A stretch of DNA of 13,414 bases from Pseudomonadota bacterium (GCA_043767805.1 JAYUGC010000083.1:1-13414); one strand, 5' to 3'. Shown: positions 1 through 7,610, numbered from the stretch's first letter. The notes: generated by a model not told the origin, from the letters alone. Program-made: numbers and translations.

Positions 1-72
1 CTTTTCCTCGGCCACTTGTGCCTCGGTAGCGATGTCCTTGGGGTCCATATGCTTTCCGTCGGGCGCAGCCAT
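1..72 (-). CDS. 5' part of an unidentified protein downstream of efp (MAAPDGKHMDPKDIATEAQVAEEK...), running off the window edge
   Basis: ATG at 72 with a weak GAGG upstream, open to position 1, 50 nt after the efp stop. An alternative Met lies 8 codons in. Too short to identify. Confidence 0.45.
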   Translation of the reverse strand, partial: MAAPDGKHMDPKDIATEAQVAEEK

Positions 73-122
73 GCCTTGCCTCGCCTAGAATGCTTTGCTT
101 ATTGGACTGACCCGAATTGGGT

Positions 123-689
123 CTACTTCGAGACTTTTTCTACGTACTCACCCGAGCGGGTGTCGATCTTAAGCACGTCGCCTTGCTTAATGTGATACGG
201 GACGGTGATGTTGAGGCCCGTCTGCACGGTCGCGGGCTTCGCGCCGCCACTGACGGTATCTCCCCGAACCGCCGGCTCACAGTAGGTGACCAGCATGCTC
301 ACGAAGTTCGGAAGGTCGAGCGTGATGGGCTTGCCGTTAAACAGCAAGAGATCGAGCTCGAGATTCTCGATGAGGTAGTTCTTCGCGTCACCCACCTGTT
401 TGGGCTCGAGCATGATCTGCTCGTAGCTTTCCATGTCGAGGAACTGGTAGCCGTTGTTGCCGTCCGCGTACAAATACTGAATCTTTTTCTTCTCGAGGTC
501 GGGGATGCCGACTTTCTCACCGGACTTGAACGTGCGGTCCACGGTCGTATCGAGCATCAGGTTGCGGATACGCGTGCGGGTGAACGAGTTACCCTTGCCC
601 GGCTTCACGTGTTGGAATTCCACGATCTGGTAAGGGATGTTGTCGATCTCGATGAAGAGTCCTTTTTTAAAATCCGACGTGTCGTACAT
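123..689 (-). CDS. efp: Translation elongation factor P (188 aa)
   Basis: N-terminus MYDTSDFKKGL, loop HVKPGKG, motifs YLY, RGDT..G..KPA and IDTRSGEYVEK. Start moved from the track's 740 to ATG 689, which has AAAGG upstream. Confidence 0.97.
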   Translation of the reverse strand: MYDTSDFKKGLFIEIDNIPYQIVEFQHVKPGKGNSFTRTRIRNLMLDTTVDRTFKSGEKVGIPDLEKKKIQYLYADGNNGYQFLDMESYEQIMLEPKQVGDAKNYLIENLELDLLLFNGKPITLDLPNFVSMLVTYCEPAVRGDTVSGGAKPATVQTGLNITVPYHIKQGDVLKIDTRSGEYVEKVSK

Positions 690-753
690 GGTCCAACCTT
701 TGAGTTCGGGTTTCGCTAGAACCCGTATCTTCTCGCGCACATTGCGCTGAAAT

Positions 754-2022
754 TCAAGAGCCGTGGTGAGCCTTTGCCTTGGAAAGCAACCGGCGTAAGA
801 CCTCGATCTGGCGGTTTTTGAGCATTTGCTCCTGGGTAACCCCCAACCGAGCCTTGCAAGCCTGGATCTTTCTCGCCAGCTCCGCCGAGCTGACCCGGGC
901 GCCGAGCTTCTCGAATATGCGGAGCGCCCGCTCGAACTGGCCTTGGGAGAAGTAGAGATCGCCCAAGGTCTCCGTGGTGATTTCCTGCGGGGCGCCGGCT
1001 TCCTCTTCCTCCTGGAAGATCTCGCTCACGTGCTCCACTTTGAAGGGCTCGTCGGAGACGGAGTCGTCCCGGCCGAGGAGCGCCTCGAGACCTTCGTCCA
1101 CCACGGGATCCAGGGACGAGGGGACGGCTAGGTTCTCGTCTTCCTCGTCGAGAGCGCCGAAGTCGGCGCCGTGGGTGGAGATCGGCTCGGAAATGAAAAT
1201 GTCGTCATGCCCATCGCCCTTGGGAGGCGGCGGGATTGCCGCTTGTCCTATCTGAGCCTTCTCGTCGAGCTGCCGCCAAAGCGGAGCCAAATCGTCGCCC
1301 AGCTCCTCATCGCTCTCGTTCAAGAGCGATTCGAGAGAGCTCGAGGGACTCAAAGGATCTTCGGACTCCTGCAAATTTTGCTGCACGAACTCTTCGCGGG
1401 GCGCGGCTGGCTTTTCGGCCGGAGGCGCCTCAGGCGCGAGCTCGAACTCGTGGGAAACGGAGACGTCCATGGAGGGCTGCCACTCGTCGGCTCTCGGCGG
1501 AGGCGGCGCCAAGTCCGGCTCGGGCTCCGCACGGCGCGCCGGCGCGGAACCGTGGGCCATCTGCTGTTCGAGCTGATGCACTTTTTCCGCGAGTGCCACG
1601 TCGACCGGCGATAAGAGGAGCGCCATCTTGAACGCGTGCAAGGCCGCGTCCTTGTCCCCGACGACCGCGTTCACTTCGCCGAGCAGGCGTTGAGCGAGCA
1701 AGTTTTCAGGAACCGCGTACACCACGCGCTCGAGCTCGCGTTTCGCGTCGGCGAATTGTTTTTTATCCACCAAGCATTTCGCGTAGGCGACGCGGCCGCC
1801 GTGAAAGTCGGGATGGTGCTCGAGCCCTTCGCGGCAAATTTCGATCGCTTCGTCCACGCGGCCCAAGCGCCGGTACGCTTCGGCGAGCGGCGCGAAGACG
1901 CGGCTCGTGGGGTCTTCTTGAAAACGGCGCAGGTACTCGCGAAAATACGGCGGCTGCTGATCGTAAATTCGGCCCAGAGCTTCCCGGACCCGGTTTTGAC
2001 GCGTCGTTTTATCCGTGGACAT
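754..2022 (-). CDS. Tetratricopeptide-repeat protein with N-terminal TPRs, an acidic/Pro-rich linker and a C-terminal TPR-like motif
   Basis: TPR-like helices (FAPLAEAYRRLGRVDEAIEICREGLEHHP; LLAQRLLGEV..ALHAFKMALLLSP), a low-complexity D/E/P middle, and C-terminal TETLGDLYFSQGQFERALRIFEKL. Confidence 0.88.
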   Translation of the reverse strand: MSTDKTTRQNRVREALGRIYDQQPPYFREYLRRFQEDPTSRVFAPLAEAYRRLGRVDEAIEICREGLEHHPDFHGGRVAYAKCLVDKKQFADAKRELERVVYAVPENLLAQRLLGEVNAVVGDKDAALHAFKMALLLSPVDVALAEKVHQLEQQMAHGSAPARRAEPEPDLAPPPPRADEWQPSMDVSVSHEFELAPEAPPAEKPAAPREEFVQQNLQESEDPLSPSSSLESLLNESDEELGDDLAPLWRQLDEKAQIGQAAIPPPPKGDGHDDIFISEPISTHGADFGALDEEDENLAVPSSLDPVVDEGLEALLGRDDSVSDEPFKVEHVSEIFQEEEEAGAPQEITTETLGDLYFSQGQFERALRIFEKLGARVSSAELARKIQACKARLGVTQEQMLKNRQIEVLRRLLSKAKAHHGS

Positions 2023-2070
2023 AAAAACACCAAACTTATCTATAAAGTCTGACGCTTATCCCCTCGGAAA

Positions 2071-3405
2071 TCAAGGAATGGAGCCCCATTCCAAGGGTTT
2101 TCTGCCAAGTAGCGGCAAGAGGCAAAGGACGAGGAAGAGCTCCCACGCCGCCGCTTCCCAAGCGCCAGGGCGGATCACCGCGCCATAGGCGATGGGTCCC
2201 CAGTGCTCCGCCCCTTGTTGCAGCAGGACAAACCGGGTCCATCCCCTTTCGGCCCAAGGCGTGAGCGTTTCGGGAAACGCCGCGGCAAGAAAGGGCGCGA
2301 GAAACCCGAGCGGTAACCAGACGAGCGCCCAAATCCCGCCGAGCAGAAAGTTCGCGACTGGTGCGAGCCAGGGCATCTTTCCGAAATAGTGGGCGGTGAG
2401 CGGCGCGGTCAAAACCGGCATGACCCACGCCGCCCGCAGATAACTCAGAAACGGCGTGGGCCCGGCAAGCAGCCGGCCGATGAAGGCGGTCGCTCCCACA
2501 CTGAGTAGAAACGAAGGAGATTTCAAAAGACTGGGATCGAGAATGAGAAGCGCCGCCGCGGAGCCTCCCACCAGCGGCAGGGCGCGCACGTGAAAACGGC
2601 GTCGGCTCAAGCCCTCCCAAAGTACGATCATGGCGAGCGCTCGCCTAAGTGGCGCGAGCCCGTCGCAGGTAATCGCCAGAACAGCCGCGGAGAAAAGTAG
2701 CCGAAATTTTCCTAGCCGCGCGAAAAGTTCCACCGCGCGCGGCCCGAGTTTGACGACGAGACCTAGCGCACATCGCCCGGCCACTCCGGCAATCGCCGCG
2801 AGAACCGCGACATGCTGGCCACTCAAAGCGAGAATGTGCAAAAGGCCTCCTTCCAAATAGAGGCGGCGCAAATTTTCCGGAAGCGCTCCGCCGTCTCCCG
2901 TCCAAGTCGCAAGCGCGAGGCCGCGCAGTCCCGGCGCTACGCCAAGTCGTTTTGAAATCCAAACGCGAAACTTTTCCCGGACGAGCGAAATCCCCCCGAC
3001 CGGCTCCTGGGTCAGCCGCGCGGAAAAGAGGCGGCCCGTGGCCGAAAAGGACGGCTCCCCTGTGGCGTTGGAGCCGGGATTGCGGGCTGGCCGCCGGCAG
3101 CGCGCGGGTCCGGAAACCGCGAGTTTCCGTCCGGTCCCCAGCCCCTTGCTGGCGAGGCTCTCCTCGATCCAGACTCGGGAAGCGACCTGAACGATTCCGT
3201 TGCCGGTCTCCGCGCGCGCTCCTTCCAAAGCAAAGATCCCCCCTTCCCGCGCCACCGCAGTTCCGATAAAAAGCGTGTGTTTCCCGGAACTTTGGCGAGC
3301 CTCCAGCAGGCTGCACAAGTCCAGGACGGCGTCCCTTTCCCTGGCCCAATGGGACACACGCCAGACAACGAAGGCCGCTAAAAGAAGAACCAGAGAGGGA
3401 CGCAT
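2071..3405 (-). CDS. comEC: ComEC/Rec2-family DNA-uptake membrane protein, short form without a C-terminal metallo-beta-lactamase domain
   Basis: Competence-domain motifs GLLHILALSGQHV, PLRRALAM, LILDP..L.SPSFLLS and P.TAHYFG..PWLAPVANF, with multiple hydrophobic segments. Confidence 0.9.
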   Translation of the reverse strand: MRPSLVLLLAAFVVWRVSHWARERDAVLDLCSLLEARQSSGKHTLFIGTAVAREGGIFALEGARAETGNGIVQVASRVWIEESLASKGLGTGRKLAVSGPARCRRPARNPGSNATGEPSFSATGRLFSARLTQEPVGGISLVREKFRVWISKRLGVAPGLRGLALATWTGDGGALPENLRRLYLEGGLLHILALSGQHVAVLAAIAGVAGRCALGLVVKLGPRAVELFARLGKFRLLFSAAVLAITCDGLAPLRRALAMIVLWEGLSRRRFHVRALPLVGGSAAALLILDPSLLKSPSFLLSVGATAFIGRLLAGPTPFLSYLRAAWVMPVLTAPLTAHYFGKMPWLAPVANFLLGGIWALVWLPLGFLAPFLAAAFPETLTPWAERGWTRFVLLQQGAEHWGPIAYGAVIRPGAWEAAAWELFLVLCLLPLLGRKPLEWGSIP

Positions 3406-3417
3406 GAAGGGGCACGG

Positions 3418-3433
3418 TGCAAGGCCCGCTCCA
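3418..3433 (-). promoter_or_regulatory. Putative sigma-54 (-24/-12) promoter for comEC
   Basis: Minus strand reads TGGAGCGGGCCTTGCA, with exact GG-N10-GC spacing and TTGCA (consensus TGGCACG-N4-TTGCW). Predicted +1 is about 3407, next to ATG 3405. Confidence 0.45.
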
Positions 3434-3443
3434 AATCGGTTCT

Positions 3444-3470
3444 TAAATGCTTGACTCTAAATGCTTAACT
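3444..3470. repeat. Tandem 13-bp direct repeat in the comEC/rplU divergent intergenic region
   Basis: TAAATGCTTGACT (3444-3456) and TAAATGCTTAACT (3458-3470), one mismatch. The first copy contains a -35-like TTGACT. Confidence 0.7.
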
Positions 3471-3538
3471 GACGTATTTAGCAGCCTTGCTCGGACCCCG
3501 TTTATCAGAGAAAGTTTTAAGTCTTTAGGGAGTTTATC

Positions 3539-3853
3539 GTGTACGCAGTCATCCGGACCGGTGGAAAGCAGTACCGCGTAGAAGCGGGCCAGGAAGTTTT
3601 GGTAGAGAAGTTGGCCGTGGAGCCCGGCGCTTCGGTCTCTTTGACCGATGTGCTCATGTACTCCGACGGAGACGCCGTTAAAGTCGGCACGCCCACGCTG
3701 CCCATGACCGTGCAAGCGCTTTGCGTTTCGCACGACAAGGGCGAGAAGCTTTTGAAGTTCATTTACAAGAAGCGGAAGTCTCACCGTAAACGGATCGGCC
3801 ATCGCCAAAACTACACCCGGTTGCGCATCGAAAAGATCGAGGGAGCTAACTAA
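3539..3853 (+). CDS. rplU: 50S ribosomal protein L21
   Basis: [14 protein letters not shown]...[17 protein letters not shown] start with AGGGAG Shine-Dalgarno. Confidence 0.98.
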   Translation: MYAVIRTGGKQYRVEAGQEVLVEKLAVEPGASVSLTDVLMYSDGDAVKVGTPTLPMTVQALCVSHDKGEKLLKFIYKKRKSHRKRIGHRQNYTRLRIEKIEGAN

Positions 3854-4119
3854 TGGCACATAAGAAGGCAGGCGGTAGTTCTCGTAACGGCCGCGATAGT
3901 AGCGGTCAACGGCTCGGCGTTAAGAAGTTCGGCGGCGAGCACGTGCTTGCTGGCAATATTTTGGTCCGTCAGCGCGGCACTAAGTTTCACCCCGGCTTGA
4001 ATGTCGGCGTGGGCCGCGATTGGACCTTGTTCGCTTTGATCAACGGCCAGGTTAAGTTTGAGCGTCATTCGAAGACCCGGCAGCGGATCAGCATCTATCC
4101 AGTTACAGCGACAGCTTAG
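3853..4119 (+). CDS. rpmA: 50S ribosomal protein L27
   Basis: [42 protein letters not shown] overlap with rplU. Confidence 0.99.
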   Translation: MAHKKAGGSSRNGRDSSGQRLGVKKFGGEHVLAGNILVRQRGTKFHPGLNVGVGRDWTLFALINGQVKFERHSKTRQRISIYPVTATA

Positions 4120-4160
4120 TTTTCCATCCTCATTAGATTTCATCTTGGGTTCCCGATAGG

Positions 4161-4185
4161 ACGGGGGCGTTTTGCCCTCGTTTAT
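4161..4185 (+). terminator. Intrinsic terminator-like hairpin between rpmA and obgE
   Basis: ACGGGGGC-gtttt-GCCCTCGT stem (one G-U pair) followed by a short TTAT tail. Possibly leaky. Confidence 0.5.
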
Positions 4186-4201
4186 CCATAAAGGCGGCCC
4201 C

Positions 4202-5248
4202 GTGGCGTTAATCGACGAAGCAATAATCAAAGTGTTCGCGGGCGCGGGCGGCAACGGTTGCGTTGCCTTCCGACGGGAGAAGTACGTCCCCTACGGCGGG
4301 CCCTCAGGCGGCAACGGCGGCGAAGGCGGCTCCGTCTACATCGAAGCGACCCACAACCGGTCGAGCCTACTCGATTTCCGTTATCAGCCAAAATACGAAG
4401 GCGAGCGCGGCGAGCACGGCCTCGGCAGCGATTGCTTCGGACGCGCGGGCGAAGACAAAATCATTCAGGTACCGGTCGGCACCGTCATTTTTGATCACGA
4501 GACGGGCGAGACCTTGGCCGACATGACCGAGCCCGGCGGACGCATCACCATCGCCAAAGGCGGTCGGGGCGGCCTGGGCAATATGTGTTTTACGACGTCC
4601 ACGAACCGCACGCCCCGCAAGGCGACGCCTGGTCAGCCCGGCGAAGCGCGGGTCTTGCGCCTCGAGCTTCGTCTCATCGCGGACATCGGTCTCATTGGCT
4701 TGCCCAACGCGGGCAAGTCCACGTTCCTCTCCACCGTGAGCCGCGCGCGCCCCAAGATTGCCGACTATCCCTTCACGACCTTGGAGCCCCATCTGGGTGT
4801 CGTCTATCACCAGGAGCAGAGCTTCGTAATGGCGGACCTTCCGGGACTCATCGAAGGCGCGTCTCAAGGCGCGGGCCTCGGCATCAAATTTTTGAAGCAC
4901 GTGTCGCGTAACCGTTTGCTGCTTCATCTCGTCGACATCTCGCCGGATCCGGACGAGATCGGCGAGAACTTGAAGATGATCCACCGCGAGCTCGATGCGT
5001 TCGATCCCGAGCTCAGAGATCGCGAAGAGGTCGTCGTCTTCACGAAAGCGGATCTTTTGCCACCCGAAGAGCGCGAGGAAAAATTGAAAGCCCTCGCCGC
5101 CTTGGGCCTCGAAGGCTTGTGCATCAGCAGCCAGAGCGGCCTTGGCATCAAGGATCTCCTCGACCGGCTCGCCGAGCGCATCCAGGAAGATCACCGCACG
5201 GCTACCATTGAGGCCGACACGGAGCTGTCCGCCGTTGCGACGCCCTAA
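4202..5248 (+). CDS. obgE: GTPase ObgE/CgtA
   Basis: Gly-rich Obg domain (GAGGNGCVAFRREKYVPYGGPSGGNGG), G1 GLPNAGKS, KIADYPFTTLEP, G3 DLPG, G4 TKAD. GTG 4202 with AAAGGCGG upstream is preferred over the track's 4172. Confidence 0.97.
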   Translation: MALIDEAIIKVFAGAGGNGCVAFRREKYVPYGGPSGGNGGEGGSVYIEATHNRSSLLDFRYQPKYEGERGEHGLGSDCFGRAGEDKIIQVPVGTVIFDHETGETLADMTEPGGRITIAKGGRGGLGNMCFTTSTNRTPRKATPGQPGEARVLRLELRLIADIGLIGLPNAGKSTFLSTVSRARPKIADYPFTTLEPHLGVVYHQEQSFVMADLPGLIEGASQGAGLGIKFLKHVSRNRLLLHLVDISPDPDEIGENLKMIHRELDAFDPELRDREEVVVFTKADLLPPEEREEKLKALAALGLEGLCISSQSGLGIKDLLDRLAERIQEDHRTATIEADTELSAVATP

Positions 5249-5894
5249 TCCCAAACCACTGCACGCCCTTTTCGGCGGGACGTTCGACCCGATTCATTTG
5301 GGCCATTTGGATTTGATCCGCCACGTGCTCGCGGCGCTCTCGCCCGAAGTGCTCTGGGTTTGTCCGGCCAAACGTAATCCCTTGAAAGCCGATCCCACGG
5401 GCGCGACCGCCGAGGAAAGAGTCGAGATGACCCGGCGAGCGGTGGCGATGTTTGGCGATCCGCGCGTGCGCCTTCTCGACTTTGAAATCAAAGCGGACGG
5501 CCCGAGCTACACGCTCCTCACGGTGCGAGAGCTCGCGAACGCCGGGGCCGAAATCGCGGTCGTCATGGGCAACGAAGTTTTTGCGACCCTGCCGCGCTGG
5601 TATGAGCCCAAGGCGCTCCTCGCGGAGGCGAATCTTTTCGTGGTGAGCCGGGAGCCCATGGGCCGCGCCCAAATCGAAGGCGCCCTCGCTCAAATTGGGG
5701 TCTCGGGGGTCGAGTCCGGGGGAAAGTGGACCCACGACGGGGGCCGCTGGATAATGCCTCGCACAATTTCGGCCCTCCCCTACTCCGCGACGAGCATTCG
5801 TGAGGGAATTCGCCGCCATGGCGAGAGGCCCGAGGGGCTAGTCGACGGGGTCTGGCAATTCATTAAGGAAAGCGGCTTATATACCGATAATTAG
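5235..5894 (+). CDS. nadD: Nicotinate-nucleotide adenylyltransferase
   Basis: ALFGGTFDPIHLGH, NPLK, R.EM, GPSYT..T, W...L and SATSIR motifs, in the usual position after obgE. Probable TTG start at 5235 with GGAG at 5221-5224. Confidence 0.93.
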   Translation: MRRPNPKPLHALFGGTFDPIHLGHLDLIRHVLAALSPEVLWVCPAKRNPLKADPTGATAEERVEMTRRAVAMFGDPRVRLLDFEIKADGPSYTLLTVRELANAGAEIAVVMGNEVFATLPRWYEPKALLAEANLFVVSREPMGRAQIEGALAQIGVSGVESGGKWTHDGGRWIMPRTISALPYSATSIREGIRRHGERPEGLVDGVWQFIKESGLYTDN

Positions 5895-5926
5895 GGAGTC
5901 AGTGTTTCTGCGGGAGGATTTTTAGA

Positions 5927-6115
5927 ATGAGTGCGCAGACCCCCAACTCCAAACGATTCCCAAAAAACGAGGGCAAAAGCCTACTCGATGAATCTTTGGA
6001 CTTTGGCCCCGAGGAAACCGTTTTGCCACCTTCCGACATCAAGCGCTTGGAAGAGGTTTTGAAGCAAATCGACCAGATCAGCGCCCGGATCGATAAAATC
6101 TCCGGCGACCGCTAG
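5927..6115 (+). CDS. Small hypothetical protein (62 aa) with a C-terminal amphipathic/coiled-coil-like helix
   Basis: ATG preceded by a strong GGGAGGA, filling the nadD-queC gap. Heptad-like IKRLEEVLKQIDQISARIDKI. Confidence 0.6.
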   Translation: MSAQTPNSKRFPKNEGKSLLDESLDFGPEETVLPPSDIKRLEEVLKQIDQISARIDKISGDR

Positions 6116-6174
6116 TCTCCCCTCTAAAAACTTGGAAATGGCTTTCGGCCGGGTGGCTGTGCTACACCCCGGCC

Positions 6175-6858
6175 ATGAAGCGCGCCGTCACAGTGCTTTC
6201 GAGCGGACTCGATTCCAGCGTGGCTCTGGCCATGACCTTGGAGCAAGGCTGGTCCGTGCCCCTCGCCCTTACCTTCGATTACGGTCAGCGGGCGGCGGAA
6301 CGCGAAGTCGGCCACGCGGCCAAAATCGCGGCCCATTTCGGCATTCATCACCGAGCCATCCATCTGCCGTGGTTCAAAGAGTTCGCCCGCGCGGGCAGCC
6401 TCGTTCATCGGGCCGAACACCTTCCCTATCCGGAGACCAAAGATCTGTCGGACTTGGAGTACGGAAAGACCAGCGCGAAAGCCGTCTGGGTACCGAACCG
6501 GAACGGGATATTTCTAGAGATCGCGGCCGGCTTTGCGGAAAATCTCGAGGCCGATGCCATCATCGTGGGCTTCAACAAAGAAGAAGCGACGACATTTCCC
6601 GATAACTCCTTGGCGTACGTCGAGGCCTTGAATGAGGCGCTGCAGTTCTCGACGGCCAATGGCGTGCGCGTGCACTCTCCGACGGTAAATCTCGATAAGA
6701 CGGCCATCGTCGCCGAGGCGAAGCGTTTGAAGTTTCCTTTGCCGCTCGTCTGGAGCTGCTACGAGAACGGCGAGCGCATGTGCCGCAAGTGCGAGTCCTG
6801 CAAACGGCTGGAGCGCGCGCTTTTCGCGAACGGAGTGGAGCCTCATGCTTTCTTTTGA
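6175..6858 (+). CDS. queC: 7-cyano-7-deazaguanine (preQ0) synthase
   Basis: PP-loop LSSGLDS, TFDYGQR, VWVPNRNGIF, FPDNS and Zn ligands SCY-x6-CRKCESC. Confidence 0.94.
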   Translation: MKRAVTVLSSGLDSSVALAMTLEQGWSVPLALTFDYGQRAAEREVGHAAKIAAHFGIHHRAIHLPWFKEFARAGSLVHRAEHLPYPETKDLSDLEYGKTSAKAVWVPNRNGIFLEIAAGFAENLEADAIIVGFNKEEATTFPDNSLAYVEALNEALQFSTANGVRVHSPTVNLDKTAIVAEAKRLKFPLPLVWSCYENGERMCRKCESCKRLERALFANGVEPHAFF

Positions 6859-7405
6859 GACCCGCCGGCTAGAAGAGACGATCGTTTACGACGGCACTCA
6901 GCTCACGCCTCATTGGATTTTCCGAAAAACCGGAAAGCTCGGCGATGCCTTGGTCGCCTTCGAAGGCCCCGCGGACGTTTCCTTGGAGCATATGGTGGAC
7001 CTCGAGGACGTGGCTAAGAAGGCGCCGATTGCGAGCGACCGGATGCTGCACTTCATTGGGGAGTGGTTTCGGGACTCGCTCGAGGTCGGGGTTTTGCTCC
7101 AGCACCTCTTCGTGAACGAGATTTACGAAGAGCTTCTGGAGGCGGGTGTGAAATCTTTGCGCCGCCGGGGCAACGACATCTATTTCTCGGACCGTAAGCT
7201 CAGTGTTTCCATTGCGACGAAGTCGCCGGTCTCGGTGCTGATGCACGCGGCGGTGAATCTGACGAGCCAGGGCACCCCTATCCCCACGTCTAATTTGGCG
7301 GAGATGGGAATTGAGCCCCGGGCGTTCGCGGACGCCGTGCTCAAGCGGTTCTCGAATGATTTCGCCATCTGGCAAACCGCCCGGGTAAAGGTCACGCCCC
7401 GCTGA
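6845..7405 (+). CDS. DUF366-family protein (predicted class II aaRS/biotin-lipoate ligase-like fold)
   Basis: Motifs YDGTQL...W, F.GPADV...MVDLED, I.SDRMLHFIGE, R.GNDIY...KLSVSIAT, H.AVN and C-terminal KV, recognised from memory as DUF366. Overlaps queC by 14 nt and has a GGAG SD. Confidence 0.8.
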   Translation: MLSFETRRLEETIVYDGTQLTPHWIFRKTGKLGDALVAFEGPADVSLEHMVDLEDVAKKAPIASDRMLHFIGEWFRDSLEVGVLLQHLFVNEIYEELLEAGVKSLRRRGNDIYFSDRKLSVSIATKSPVSVLMHAAVNLTSQGTPIPTSNLAEMGIEPRAFADAVLKRFSNDFAIWQTARVKVTPR

Positions 7406-7407
7406 GC

Positions 7408-7429
7408 GAGCCTTCCTTGACGAAGGCTC
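7408..7429 (+). terminator. Hairpin just after the DUF366 stop, possibly a terminator
   Basis: Perfect 8-bp stem GAGCCTTC-cttgac-GAAGGCTC with a poor U-tail. Confidence 0.45.
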
Positions 7430-7461
7430 ATTGAAAACGCCGAGTAAGCTGCCAAAAGCGC

Positions 7462-7497
7462 TTGCCTTTTCGTACGTAAATCGCAACTATGCGGCCC
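7462..7497 (+). promoter_or_regulatory. Putative sigma-70 stable-RNA promoter for tRNA-Glu
   Basis: TTGCCT (7462-7467), 17-nt spacer, AACTAT (7485-7490), then GC-rich discriminator GCGGCCC just before the tRNA. The -10 lacks the first T. Confidence 0.45.
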
Positions 7498-7501
7498 TTC
7501 G

Positions 7502-7574
7502 GTCCCCATCGTCTAGAGGCCTAGGACGTCACCCTTTCACGGTGAAGACACGAGTTCGAATCTCGTTGGGGACG
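7502..7574 (+). tRNA. tRNA-Glu (anticodon UUC), CCA not encoded
   Basis: Acceptor GTCCCCA/TGGGGAC, D arm GTCTAGAGGCCTAGGAC, anticodon arm TCACC-CTTTCAC-GGTGA (TTC at 7536-7538), T arm ACGAG-TTCGAAT-CTCGT, discriminator G7574 followed by CATT. Confidence 0.97.
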
Positions 7575-7610
7575 CATTGAGTCAATTATTTCAACTACTT
7601 ACCTACGATA

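Noticed and set aside
117..719. 200-aa plus-strand ORF
   Set aside because: Antisense shadow of efp with no recognisable motifs.
2036..3415. Alternative minus-frame ORFs of 194 and 256 aa overlapping comEC, considered as a frameshifted ComEC domain
   Set aside because: R/G/A-rich off-frame translations typical of high-GC DNA. All ComEC motifs lie in the 2071-3405 frame.
4367..5819. 295-aa and 205-aa minus-strand ORFs
   Set aside because: Antisense to obgE and nadD, expected from GC-biased codon usage.
6110..6174. Canonical preQ1-I riboswitch upstream of queC
   Set aside because: No P1 stem followed by an A-rich tail in the right order. Kept only as a low-interest finding.
6175..7405. QueC-based anti-phage (qatABCD-like) or Dpd DNA-modification system
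   Set aside because: QueC is normal-sized and sits in a housekeeping context. No TatD, KAP ATPase, DpdA or nuclease genes are in the window.
7502..7574. tRNA-Glu as the queuosine substrate explaining its position next to queC
   Set aside because: Queuosine occurs in GUN-anticodon tRNAs (Asp, Asn, His, Tyr), not Glu(UUC), and the tRNA appears to have its own promoter.
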